A model generated the notes under the pieces. It was not told the origin of the DNA and searched no databases. It worked only from the letters and a program-made list of their open reading frames with translations. The position numbers were made by a program, and so were the translations under genes. A stretch of DNA of 63,907 nt, filler included, from Lenisia limosa (Eukaryota > Protista > Breviatea): assembly GCA_001655205.1 (NCBI GenBank). It is 11 parts of 11 records of this genome, joined end to end, with 100 filler letters (N's around TTAATTAATTAA, not from the genome) between each part and the next. Parts side by side here need not be neighbours in the genome. Positions count along the whole stretch, not along the records: positions 1 to 24,608 come from LPNZ01007785.1; 10 more parts are not named here. One strand, 5' to 3'. Position 1 is the stretch's first letter. Each line of letters begins with the position of its first letter. Of the stretch, positions 1 to 12,700 are shown piece after piece.

Positions 1-3000
1 AACGAAGGGCCTTGAGGGAAGGAGCAAGGGCCTGGCAGTGTGAACACAGAATGGAGGTGCACTACGGTCCAAAAAAGACGGTAAAATATCGATATTTCGC
101 GAAAAACTCAGTCTTTTTTGGGGATCGTAGGGAAGTTCTAGTATAAACCTATTTTTGAGCCCTCAGACCTTGAGAACAAGGTCGATTGGGGGAGAAATGG
201 GCGGAATCAGCTTGCTAATAGTTGCTAAGGCCTGGGCCGAGGCGGTGACTTGGTTGCCAAATGCCAGCAGACTGGGTGGGTTAGTGCAGGGAAACACCTT
301 GTATTGTGCCAATACATTAAGCAGTGAATTGCAAACTGATACAATCAAGTTGCCCCCCCCCCCCNNNNNNNNNNNNNNNNNNNNNNNNNNNNNNNNNNNN
401 NNNNNNNNNNNNNNNNNNNNNNNNNNNNNNNNNNNNNNNNNNNNNNNNNNNNNNNNNNNNNNNNNNNTCCTGGTCCTTGGCCACTGCGGTCAAAGCGGTG
501 CCGGCAGCCATGATATCCTGGATGGAAGTGGAGGCGCTGACCGTGGGGGATGAGGCTCCGGACTAGGGGGTAAGGAATATGCAAGGCAATTCATGTAAAA
601 AGCAATATTGTATATTTATATTATTTACAATATACTACTATATTATTACTATGATATGTTTACTATTCACCGTCCCAGCAGCCCACCGGCTGGCCAATGA
701 ATGCTGAGGAGTTGAGACTCTCCACAATGGGCATAGTAGCCGTCTTGATGTCACTCACTCCGTCCTCCNNNNNNNNNNNNNNNNNNNNNNNNNNNNNNNN
801 NNNNNNNNNNNNNNNNNNNNNNNNNNNNNNNNNNNNNNNNNNNNNNNNNNNNNNNNNNNNNNNNNNNNNNNNNNNNNNNNNNNNNNNNNNNNNNNNNNNN
901 NNNNNNNNNNNNNNNNNNNNNNNNNNNNNNNNNNNNNNNNNNNNNNNNNNNNNNNNNNNNNNNNNNNNNNNNNNNNNNNNNNNNNNNNNNNNNNNNNNNN
1001 NNNNNNNNNNNNNNNNNNNNNNNNNNNNNNNATCACGAACGGCTGAGGCCTTTTCATCAAACGCATGCACAACCTGAGCATGTCAGTATTCGGAACAAGC
1101 CAATTTTATAAACAATCAGGTTTCTTTTATCACTATTACTATTGCAGCCCAATTCAATTCGGCATGCACCAGTATCCCCCACCTTGACCAGGGTTTCTGC
1201 TTGAGCTGCCAGGGCGCCGAGGTTTCCCCCCTCCGCTGCCAAGTCCTCCTGATCTTTGTGCTCTATGGCGTTAAAAATCACCATCTTCATCCCCCCTTCC
1301 TCTTATGTATATGGTATCATATAGCAATGAGAAATAAATAAAAAAAAAGGTTGTATACGGCCGAAGCCGTCCATATCATCACGCTGATAATTGTAATACA
1401 AATTATACAATACCCCGCCCCCCTTCCATTTTAATACCATCTTTGTTAATAGTCCCCTCCCTAAAAATAAGTGTGTATATGGCGCACCTTCCTCTCCTGA
1501 CTCGGCTCTCTCAGCTGCCTCGTCAATTTTGGCTGTCAGCTCATCAAGACGGTTGCCCTAGTCAGTAAGTAATTCAGTAAGACGGTTGCCCGAGTAAGTA
1601 AGTAATCATGAGGTGATCTTGCCCCTTTACCTTCACTGCGATAAGTCTTGACCGATTTGCTCTGTGATTTCCCATGGGAAATCGGTCAAGACTTATCCCG
1701 GTCTGTACATCACCCCNNNNNNNNNNNNNNNNNNNNNNNNNNNNNNNNNNNNNNNNNNNNNNNNNNNNNNNNNNNNNNNNNNNNNNNNNNNNNNNNNNNN
1801 NNNNNNNNNNNTCCTCTTTGCTGGCACTGTGGGGTGAGAGAGAGTGGGCCATTGAAAGTTCAACTCCGAAAGTTTTCCGTAATCAAATAGTTTTCTTAAT
1901 CAAATTGTTCCCCTTAATCAACAAAAGGCAAGTCAACACATGAGAAATATCAACCCGTCAGACCTGATGCCGGGGTTCTTAGACTGATTTGTCGCTCTCA
2001 TTGGCTAGATGAAGTGAAAAATGAAACCTCACCACAAAATTAAAAACAGAGAACTGAGAGGTATAGAACCATGGTAGAAACGCACCTCGCCCTTTGCATG
2101 TGCAACGAGAAGAGACCTCATGACGGCGTTCGGCAAATAGTCGTGAACTGCACTGTTAATAGAGATCTTTGTATGAAGTGTCGACTGTTTACAGGAATTC
2201 ACCCCTCCTCCGAACCCATATCGCATGTCACATATCGCATATCGCATTTCACATATCGCATATCGCAGATCACATATCGCAGATCACATAACGCAGATCG
2301 CATATCACTTATCGCATATCGCGTATCACATATCATATCGCAGATCGCATATCACTTATCGCATATCGCGTATCACATATCATATTGCATATCGTATATC
2401 GCATATCCCATATCACATTACGCATCTGTAAAGTCTCTATTGAAACTAGGATCATAGAGATCCAGCGGACCCGCCATTCTGCTCATTCACCCACCCGATT
2501 TCTGCATGTTCATCATGACAGCCCTGCGCTCCCTTGACTGTTTGCGTTTCTTCATGGTCAGCTTGTACAGCTCATCATTGGCGGCCTCTTGGTCATCCTG
2601 TTGCCGAGCTGTGGAGTGAGGAATGAAGAGGAAAATAATAATAAAAAAAAGGGGGGGGGTAACTCCACAATTGGTGCAGGCAAAAAAAAAAGGGGGGGGG
2701 GTCAAAGCCCTTCGCCCCAGGAAGGCAATAACCAACATTTCTTGCGTCTCTCCTCAAGAAGGTTGACACGACGGTTCTGTCGGTCCTCACGCGCGGCGCG
2801 TCTGCGGTCACGTGCCTTTGCCAGCTCCTGCAGGAGTGAGTATAATAACACAATCGTCCAAAACAGAAGACAAAAGTATCCTTGTCATGAAACTTGATAG
2901 GTAGAAAATGTAGCCCCTCTCCCACTTCTTGCTTCTTAAGTCTGAACTCCTCCTTCTTTTCCTTCTCGGCCCTTCTGGCTTCAAGCTGATGCTGTCTCTT

Positions 3001-6000
3001 CTCAGCTGCCTCACCCTCCATCCGCTGCTTCCGCTCCTATACTAGTCAGAGCGGTTTGATGCCATGGTTACGTTATAACACTGCTCGATAACAATAGAAA
3101 AGCGTTAGAGGTAGGGCTTTACTTCGGTTCAAAAAAAAACTGATTTTCTCGATAAATCTTCGATAAATATCGATATTTTATCAGTCTTTTTCGAACCGAA
3201 GTGAAGCCCTAGTTGGAAGAAGGCATTCCATTGACAACGAGTACCCCACAGCATCCTCCTGGCGCATGCGCAAGACACGCTCACGACGCTCAACCGCCTC
3301 CCTCTCGTTCTAAAACCGTCACTCATTTGATCAATATCAGCGTATAAAACTTAGAACACAAGAATAGAGCCACAGCCAACCTTGTCATTGTTGATCTTCC
3401 TCGGTGCCCGTGGTGACTTGTTGGGGCTCTTAGGCGGAACCGGCTTGCGACGACGGCGGCGGGGCTGGAGGGTTATTAGGGAGGTGTAAAATTAGAAAAT
3501 TTGTAAAAAAAACCCAAATCAATTCTGTTGGCTGACAACACACCAAGGGTTGATAACAACAAAACAAACAAATCCCAGGCCAGTNNNNNNNNNNNNNNNN
3601 NNNNNNNNNNNNNNNNNNNNNNNNNNNNNNNNNNNNNNNGAGGCTCAAAACAAAACTACTCTCAGTCCAAAAAAATAAAAAAAAGAAGGGTGGAATGAGA
3701 TTTCAATACAAAGAAAAAGCTACTGACCTTGGGCTTGGCAGTTCCAGTCACTGGCGTCACCTCCTCATCGGTGACCTAAAGAGTAAACAATTTATGAAAA
3801 CCCAAAATTGACTCTGTTGGCTATATTTGAGAAAAACACAAGGGTTGAAAACAAACGGGGGTGAAATGGGTGAAACCGTTTTCCCTCACTCCACGATCTC
3901 CCAATGATTGCGATAATTGTATGCACCTCATAGTACGATTCAACCTGCCAATCCACAGTACTCACCTCCTCGCTTTCATGTTCGTGCTCTGGAAGGTCGG
4001 GAATGTCATCGTTTGCTTCCTGGGGTGTTAGGGAAATAGCCGTGATTAAAAAGTAGAACAGGAGTTGTGATTAAAGGGAAAACACTTGGGCTTCACTTCG
4101 GTTCAAAAAAGACCGGCAAAATATCGAGTTTTCGAGGATTTATCGAGATATTCCGTCTTTTTTCGAACCGAAGTGAAGCCCTTCATCATTGAGTTCCACT
4201 GGTAATAACGTATTCTAGCGGTTCTCACCTGGGGAGTATAAGCAGCCTCGGAATCGGAGTAATCCTCGCTCTGCTGCGTGGATATTGCGGGCACTTCACG
4301 AGACTCTTCCTCTTGCTGCATCCTTTGTTCTTTCTGAGCTTGGAGCTGGGCTTCCTCTTCTTGCTTTTCTCTCTCTTCTTCCTTCTTCTCCTCCTCTACC
4401 TTCCTCTTTTCCTCCTCCTCTTCTTTCCTCTTCTTTTCTTCTTCCGCCTTGAGTTCTTCTTGCTTTAACTGCTCTTCCTTTTTCTTTTCTTCTTCTCTTC
4501 TCTTCTCTTCCTCTTGTTTCTTTTTCTCTTCCTCTTGTTTCTTTTTCTTCTCTTCTTCTCTCTTCTTTTCTTCTTCTTTCTTTGCAGTTGCAATCTTGGC
4601 TTCTTCTTTTTTTTTCTCTTCCTCAATTCTCTTCTTTTCTTCTTCCTGCTTCTTCTCTTCCTCAATTCTCTTCTTTTCTTCTTCCTGCATCTTCTCCTCT
4701 TCCTCTTTCTTCTTCCTTTCCTCCTCTTCCTTCTTCTTCTTCTCCTCTTCCTTTTGCTTCTTCTCCTCTTCCTCCTTTTTCTTCTTCTCTTCCTCAATCC
4801 TCTTTTCCTCCTCCTCTTTCTGCCTCTTCTCCTCCTCTTCCTTCTGTTTCTGTTCTTCTTGCCTCAAAAGCTCTTCTTCGTGCTTCCTCTTTGCAATGGC
4901 TTCCCTAAAGCGGTTAACAGTCCAAATAGATAACTCCAGAAGCAGACAACAAAGAAACCTAATTACCGTAACCTGGGCCAGACCATAGTAGACCCGATAA
5001 TTCCCACCCACTGCTTGGCAGCTTCAGCAGCCTCCATCTCAGCATGCTAAAGTGTGAATCATTGTAACTTTTGGCACCATACAAACAGTCAATAAAACAG
5101 ACACACAATGTTACACTTGAGCAAACACTACACATCCCCTCCACTCTCTTTTGAAGCTTGAGTTCTATACCTCGCACGCACCTCCTTTCTCAACCGTTGG
5201 TAGCGTTTTCTTGCAAGGAACCCACGGGCATAGGATTGCATCAAAAGCACAGAGGCCAGCTGAAGGGGCGGGGTTAGACATAGCTTTAAACCTGTGATGT
5301 ATAGAGAGAATAGTTCTTTTTTTAAAAAAAACTGTAATTATAGTAGCTATATGATATATACAAACAATTGTTGCAACAGTGCCCCCGCACCCTAGCATTT
5401 AGGGGGTTCTGCAGTCTGGTCTGGTGGCCTCGGACAATGCTCTGAATGAGCACGGCTGACTTGGTATCTAGCTGCTTGGCTGTCAGGGCTCCTGGGGGAG
5501 GGGGTATGGATAACAGAATACCACCGTTAAAAGTACTAAAAGGTAGATTGAGTCTTAACGCAGCCACTCAGTCTCAACAAATCCCGACATAAGGCTATTA
5601 CACTACTGCTTCACTTCGGTTCCAAAAAAACCCGGGGAAATATCGATTGTTTTCGAGGAGTTATCGAGAAATACAGTCTTTTTCGAACCAAGGTGAAACC
5701 CTAATTATAACTCACCGGAAGAAGCTAGCATGTCAGCCGACTCATCATGCTCATTATCACGTGCCCAGTCCAGGGGCGTGACTCTGAAGTGTTAGGACTG
5801 GAAGTATCGTCTTGATTTGAGCAATCTAGCAATGGTACAAACCTTTGTTTGTCCTTGAGGTTGACCTTGGCCCCCGAGGAGATGAGGGACTTTGAGCAGT
5901 CGGTGTGGCCGCCGGCAGCGGACCAAAACAGCGGGGTCCGGCCAAACCCGTCAACAGTGTCTGGGGGGGGGGGGNNNNNNNNNNNNNNNNNNNNNNNNNN

Positions 6001-9000
6001 NNNNNNNNNNNNNNNNNNNNNNNNNNNNNNNNNNNNNNNNNNNNNNNNNNNNNNNNNNNNNNNNNNNNNNNNNNNNNNNNNNNNNNNNNNNNNNNNNNNN
6101 NNNNNNNNATGTGGAGGGTTGGTGATGATAATACAAACCACATAAAAAACTCTCCTCGCTTGATGAAAGTGAGAAGACACCCAAAGCCAAGCTACCTAGT
6201 TTTGCACCCTTCTCGATGAGGAACTCCGTGGTGTCTGCAGCGCCAACAAACGCCGAACAGTGGAGAGGGGTCAGGCCTGAGAGGTCCTTTTGGTGGATGT
6301 CTTCTCCATTCTGCCAGTATGAAAACAACGAACAAGCATGTTCATTATCACCAAGCTAATTCCATTCACGAGAATGTCCAATTTTGGAACAAAGAAGCGG
6401 GTTTGAATGGCAAGAGAAAAATATAAAATCCCCAAAAAATACACATGCCTAGCAGAATGAAATGCAGTATCCGGGCTACCTCGACAAGGAGCTTCAGAAC
6501 GGCGGGATCAGAAAGAGACGCAGCCCAATGGACCTATGCAAAGTGAGCAAAAACCCTCGATTGGATTGTCATAAGATAGCATGTTAAAGCCGAAGGAACC
6601 ATCTCTAGGGCTTCACTTCGGTTCGAAAAAAGACTGAATTTCTCGAGAAATCCTCGAAAACTATCGATATGTTCCCGGTGTTTTTCGAACCGAAGTGAAG
6701 CCCTTCCACCCCCCTCCAACAGCAGATCGTCCATTGTCGTCCTGGTTGCTGAGGTTAACCTTCTTCTTAATAAGAAAGGCCACACTGTCTACTTTGCCTG
6801 CATCGATAGCCCATTGCAGCGGAGTGCTAAGGGGTAAATCTCTAGCACCCTGGGGCTGACTTCACATGTATAAAACACTGTAACTAGACTTATCATGTCC
6901 CCATTTAGCCAAATTTATTGATTTCTCACGAAAAATGAGGGTGAGAAAGTATGAAATTCTTCCCCCACTTGTTGTCGATATCGACGGCGTTGATGTCGGC
7001 TCCAACTTCGAGCAGGAACTCAGCACCTTGGATGTAGCCCTTATCCATTGCAAAATGCAGCGGCGTATGTCCCTTTAGAGGTCATGATACTATCGTTTCA
7101 CAACAGTATAATAATAAACTCAACTTGGATTCACCAGCTGCGTATCGCACAATGACAGCATACAGTACTTATCACCTCATATTTTGAAGATCCCCAGATC
7201 TCTGACAGATCTCTGACAGATCTCCCCTCACCTCGCCGTCACCCAGGTTGATGTCGGCGCCTTGGGACTGCAGGGTGCGCATTGAGGGCAAGTTCAACGC
7301 GAACGTGGCGTAGTGCAGCGCTGAGGACCCAGACACGTCCATGTCATCAGGAGCTGTGGGGTGAACAAATTGAGAGGAAACAATGGTGAAACAGAACAAT
7401 ATGGCTTATGTCAAGATCCCAAAGCCCACAAATGCCAAGTGCAATAAGGTTCATAAGGGTCTTTTCATTGGGATCTTCGTTGTTGTCCTCAATGGGGGTA
7501 GTATTGGCGGCATAACTGTACGGGTGAAGATAGAGAAAAATTTCCCAACAAAGCTTCAATGAAATACTCTTTATCTGTTCAAAGATTTCTAAAACGCAAA
7601 TTCTGACAAGAATGTAGCCCTGAATATATATTGCAACATACTAGCTTGGAGACAATATGGAACAAAATCCCATAGTTAACACGAAATAATGTGTTTAGTT
7701 GTAGCCAATAACATTCATTGGCACCCCCCCCCCCCNNNNNNNNNNNNNNNNNNNNNNNNNNNNNNNNNNNNNNNNNNNNNNNNNNNNNNNNNNNNNNNNN
7801 NNNNNNNNNNNNNNNNNNNNNNNNNNNNNNNNNNNNNNNNNNNNNNNNNNNNNNNNNNNNNNNNNNNNNNNNNNNNNNNNNNNNNNNNNNNNNNNNNNNN
7901 NNNNNNNNNNNNGTTATATACAAGGCCCACCATTCATCATGCCCGTTACCGGCGGCGAAATGAAGAGGGCTTCTTTGGCTCTTATCAAGCGCGTTGACAT
8001 CAGCCTTCGTGGTAAACAGGGAGAAGAATAAAGGGCAACCATAAGAAGGGCCTGTGATGGGGAACAGAATTCTTAATAACACTCCTCCCCACTCCGTTAG
8101 AGATAATGAGGTCCAAGCAATCCACCCTGTTCTGACAAGCAGCCCAGTGAATGGCTTGACGAAGCTCCGTGTCGCCTGAGACGTGAGACATGAGACGTGA
8201 TGAGTGGGATTGGATTTTTTATACAATATTAACATCACAAGCTTCCAAACACAGTCAACGAATCTCTACCCACTAGCAGTCACATCAGCTCCTCTGTTGA
8301 TCAGCTCGTTTGCGGCTGAGAATCGATCGTAAACTACAAAGTAAAGCATGAAAGTCTACACCTCAAGTAAACAAAGTTCTCATTAAAACGTTGCTGCGAA
8401 ATATGAATGACGAACGGGCAATAACATTGAATTCTGACTTCAGCCCTTTTCCCACTAATTGCGACAATCAAAGGGGTCCAGCTGATTCTGTCAGTTTGTT
8501 CAATGTCCAGCTGCAAGGATAAGCCGCTTCCATGACAGAACATATGATATTGGGTGGGTCTGGTATGTGATGTGATTGTGAATTTGGTATGATATCATTT
8601 ACTCCATCATAATAATTTCACTTAAGCATCAGTCAGAAGAAGAGAAAAACGATAAGCTGTACAGCATTTACTATTCAATCCCTTCAAACTTTGTACTCGT
8701 CCAGAAGGAACGAAATGGCAGCAACATTGCCTCCGGCTGCGGCCCAATGCAGCGTCTAATATGTCACAGATAATGCGAGGATACTAATGAGAAGCATTGA
8801 AGTCTCTATTGAAACTAGCATAAAAAGGTATATGCATAAGACGGTATGTTAGCTCCTTGTGGACTTCATATTATTGAAAAGACCAACTTCAACATGCAAT
8901 GCTTCCAGACCCTCCCCGGCAATCCCTCTCCTTGGCGCTGACCTTTCTTCCGAGGTCGTCAGCAGCAGTCACTGACCCGGGCATCGGCATACAGTCGGGT

Positions 9001-9386
9001 AGGAGAAGCGTCTTCATCTATGCTGTCAGCCTTCATTATAATTTTTATGATTATCTGAAGGGAGGGAGCAGCGGTGGGCAAGCAGAAGAGCCTACAGCGG
9101 AAACGTCGCCCTCATAGGCTGCTCGGTTGAGTCTTCCCTGTACTGTTCCGTCGTATTTTGGCTTCTCAATCAATTGCACGTCAACACCAAGCTGCAGGAA
9201 TGACGACTGTTGGCCAAACGACATGACGAAAATCATTCGACGAACGCTTGAGCGGAAGATCTAAATGGAAGTTAATTAAACAGTTAAAAGACTGTGAGAA
9301 CCGCGCAATGCTCCTGTGGGGAAGGAATAAATGACCTGAGGGCTAACCTTTCGAACTTCCTTCATTCTTTCCTTTGAGACCACCAT
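1..9386 (-). CDS. Large multi-exon ankyrin-repeat protein with IQ motif, E/K-rich single-alpha-helix/coiled-coil region and C-terminal alanine-rich helical-bundle region (3' end runs off the window)
   Basis: GT-AG exons on the minus strand start at ATG 9386 (MVVSKERMKEVRK). Ankyrin exons follow, e.g. DDLGRK|TLHWAAAGGNVAAISFLLDEY, TPLIVAISG, QAIHWAACQNRVDCLDLII, SPLHFAAGNGH, SALHYATFALNLPSMRTLQSQGADIN, TPLHFAMDKGY, TPLHCSAFVGAADTTEFLIEKGA, TPLFWSAAGGHTDCSKSLISSGAKVN. Then an IQ motif LIQSIVRGHQTR (~5418-5453), an E/K exon (4230-4888), charged exons (2490-3460) and helical exons such as EDLAAEGGNLGALAAQAETLVK and LLAFGNQVTASAQALATISKL. Continuity across N gaps is assumed. Confidence 0.75.
2218..2422. 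repeat. Degenerate ~7-bp intronic microsatellite (ATCGCAT/ATCACAT)
   Basis: Visible directly. It generates the spurious HI/YR-rich ORFs in the track. Confidence 0.85.
2428..2459 (+). repeat. Family E: short dispersed motif AAGTCTCTATTGAAACTAGGATCATA
   Basis: Near-identical copies at 2428-2459, ~8800-8823, ~38893-38920 and reverse-complemented at ~53485-53505, all intronic. Confidence 0.6.
3112..3211. mobile_element. Family A: ~100-bp palindromic MITE, TIR TAGGGCTTCACTTCGG (hAT-like); reference copy
   Basis: TAGGGCTTTACTTCGGTTC...GAACCGAAGTGAAGCCCTA with 8-bp flanks GTTAGAGG/GTTGGAAG (6/8 match). Other copies or fragments at ~60-125, 4088-4182, 5608-5703, 6606-6704, 39310-39367, 44315-44368, 53090-53187, 59402-59478, 59837-59895, 61330-61390, 61495-61565, 62407-62480 and 63690-63786, all non-coding. 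Confidence 0.8.
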
Positions 9387-9746
9387 GGTGGCAGAGCTAA
9401 TCTAAGACTCTTCCACACGAATTTAGTTGAAAAGACTGAGAACTGAAAAAGAAAGTTATCTGGTCAGTATTTAAACTGTTTGTTTTAACACTCCTAAAAG
9501 ATTTAATGAAAGCTGGTTAAATTTTCAAGATGAAACCGGATTTTTTTTTCACAGAGAGAAATGCTTGTACCAGGGGTATAATTTTGGGTTTACAAAACAG
9601 CGCCAGTCTGCGCCAGTTAGGCGAACAGCCCTTTTTGAGTAGTACTATAATCCTATTATCAAAATCAAATTGAAGAATCTTGGTTAGAGGTATTTTTTAT
9701 AGTTCCGCGCCAAGTTTTCAGTCTTCTCTCATCTCAGGTGACCATC
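9387..9746. promoter_or_regulatory. Putative short bidirectional promoter between the ankyrin gene (-) and NAPE-PLD-like gene (+)
   Basis: About 360 bp of AT-rich, repeat-free sequence between divergent putative start codons. The downstream ATG assignment is uncertain. Confidence 0.35.
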
Positions 9747-12700
9747 ATGGTTGGTAACTCTGCTACTGGGTTTAATATTTCTGCGTTTAAAAATATGAAA
9801 CGAGCCGCTTAAACTACCTAATTACGTATCCCTGCATATATTGTTACATCATGATCTGAGTTCTGGCTTCCATTTGGAACCATAACCTTGTTCACAACTC
9901 ACAGTGTAGGTGTGGCCTTTCACATCACCAACCGCTGACGAGGAGTTCAGTTCTGTAAAGCCACACTCATTCAGGGATTCAGTGAGAGGGTGCCGTCATT
10001 TCGTTTGAAATACACAATGCAATATTGACAGACATTACTATTGTGTTTCATTCCCCTTTTCAATCAATCTTAGCATGCCTTTTAACCGTGTTATCTTTTA
10101 ACTGACGTCTTGGTAGGTTTCGATTAATCCCAAAAACCTTGGCTCTGAAGCGAGGTAAGAGTGCTGTATTGACATGTCTCCTGTTTTGAAAGTTGGGATA
10201 TCACGCTGTAATAGCCTGCTTCTTTTTCGTTTGTGAAATTCGCCTCCCCAGCTACGACCGAACAAAGTTACCTATCCAGAAGGAGGATGAAGGAAACTTC
10301 TTCAACCAATTCGCAAGTACTGGGGTGGCATTTCACAGAAACACAAGCATTGTCAATTTGCTCTTTGACTTTTCTTTCTTCTGCAAATATTCATTAATTT
10401 AGATTCGCATCCTAAAGGATTTGGCCGAGTGAGTTGGGAGTACCAAGGCCTTGGCTTAAAACATACATTTGATGTGTTTAGTTTACACTCCGTTTAGACA
10501 CATAGTGGATAGTATTTAGGCTGTCATATTGGAATAGGTTGATATTGCTTCAGGGATATCAATAATTGGTTTGTTATGTAAAAATAATATTTCAAGGTGT
10601 TGTGAAAAATTCACTATTTTGCTACTGAAATAGAACCATTAATGACCCTATAGATCCGCAAAATGCTCAGCGACGCTGAAGATCGCCAAACTGACGAACA
10701 TTCTTACGCTGATAAGCTTGCTCAGTATAATGAAGGACAGGTTTGTCTCGGTTCAATGGTTTGACTTGAAATGGTTTCCTGGAATATATTACATACCGGT
10801 ATATAATATGCCAAATTGGCCGAGTGGAAATTATTCTTTTTGCGTTTAAACCAGCTTTGGCTTAGTTTTGACTTTGGTAGGGGATGTCTTTTGGCGATTC
10901 GGAGTCATTCGATCCCTCAGCAGAAGCAGGGGAAAACGGAATCGAAACAACCGTAGGAGGACTGTTAGTTTTCGTATAGTGGCAGTTGCGCTCTGTTACT
11001 ATTTAGTGGCTTGGGCATGCGACATTCCTTCTCAAGTATGGCAACTTCAGCATCATGACGGACCCTTGCTTCTCACGCGCATCCCCTTTCTCTTTTGCCG
11101 GTCGGTTCCGGTCGGTTGTTTTGGGCAGATTATTATCATTAGGTTGTGATTTATACCAGTCTCTTGTTGTTTATTTCTTTTTAGGCCCGGCCCGACTTTG
11201 GAAAGAGCACAAAAGTCTGAAGACCTTCAGCCCAAATGTTGTGTTACTGAGGTGAGGTTGTTTGTTGATAGCATTGCTTGCACTCTATTTTTGCTAAATT
11301 GCTCTTTGTTACTGAAATATTATTTAACCATATAGCCACACGCACTATGACCACATGAACCTTCGGGACCTTGCCAATATGAACACAGACACCCCCGTCA
11401 TTGTCCCCCAAGGTCGGTTCTTATCCCTCTCATAGTATACATGCTAATAAACAGACGTACATATATTTGGCACCATGTAAAGCAACAAAGACCAGACCTT
11501 CCATCCTAATCCGAGCAGGAGCCAGCCATCACCTTGTCGGCATTGGGATGAAGAAAGTGGTTGAATTGGCATGGTGGCAGTCGGTCACTGTGGCGCCAAA
11601 CGTAACTGTCACTGCAGTTCCTGCAATGGTTGGTTTCTCAAATCAATAGCAGGTTGACTTGTGAGTCTTTAAAACTCTGAGGCGAACCTGGTCATTTGTG
11701 CTGTTCTTCCATGCTATTTTTGAGTTTTTCCTTTACATATTCTCACATGATCAGCATTGGAGCAGTCGGACACTCTTCGACGACATGAAGGAGGGATGGT
11801 GCGGCTTCGTGATGACAGTGTGGCCGCATGACAGCCCATTGGACTCTGCTGCTGCTTTACCCACGAGTAATTGCACAGGTATGTACACGAATGCTTTTTT
11901 TCAGAATGAAGACACACTATCAATATACAAAGTACAACTTACTATCATCATTCTCATCCCTTTAGTCTCGAGCACCAGGCCAAGCCGCCCAGTGTCCGTT
12001 TACTTCTCTGGGGATACTGGTGAGTCCTGAGTTTTGCTACATCAGAAAATTGCGAATTGAGTATTTTCATTACTTTTCTTGGAACGTTTTCTGTTTTGCA
12101 ATCAATTAGCCTTGTATTCCACATAAGCCTCAATATGTCATGTTTTGACCCCTCTAGGATACGATGCCGCTGTGTTTCGTCCAATTCGTGAAGTCTTCGA
12201 TATCGACGTTTCTTACCTCCGTAGGTGCGGACTTTTGAAAACTCATGAGTAGAAGTCTCAGACCGGACTTATGCTGAATTTATTGATACTCCATTAACTC
12301 GACATTCGAGAGCAGCTTCATACAGCTTGGTATACTCGATTTCAGCAATTACCAAGTTCTTCAGACCATCATCTATTTTGCCTGAAGAACAGATTCATCT
12401 TCAATGTTGCATTATGCTAATATCACTTCGCAGCTATTGGTGCGTATACGCCTCGCTGGTTCATGGGAACACTGCATATGCATCCTCAGGTTGGTCCTTC
12501 GCTATCGGCTGATAAATCCGTCGAAAAAAGCTGAGTTTAGAAGATACCAAGAAAATGAAGCCAGGTGATTACACGGCTTCACCATTTAGGAGAGCGTCAG
12601 GGCCCACGCCGAACTGAAATCAAAGCGTTCGTTTGGCATGGTGGGAAGACTGTTCTGGTTTCCATATAATATTCTACAATCGAAGTTGGAAAACAGCATT

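Noticed and set aside
1355-1375. Family B hairpin as a U6 snRNA 5' stem or a hammerhead ribozyme
   Set aside because: There is no U6 ACAGAGA box with downstream conserved core, and no complete CUGAUGA/GAAA hammerhead core.
4449-4988. Several overlapping long ORFs (F/S-, L/F- and R/K-rich) on both strands
   Set aside because: They are alternative frames and the antisense of the single E/K low-complexity exon, where stop codons are scarce by composition.
3112-6704. Family A MITEs as whole introns (classical Introners)
   Set aside because: Where boundaries can be read (4023-4229, 6533-6720, 59378-59501, 62393-62536) the splice sites lie outside the element, so it is inserted into pre-existing introns.
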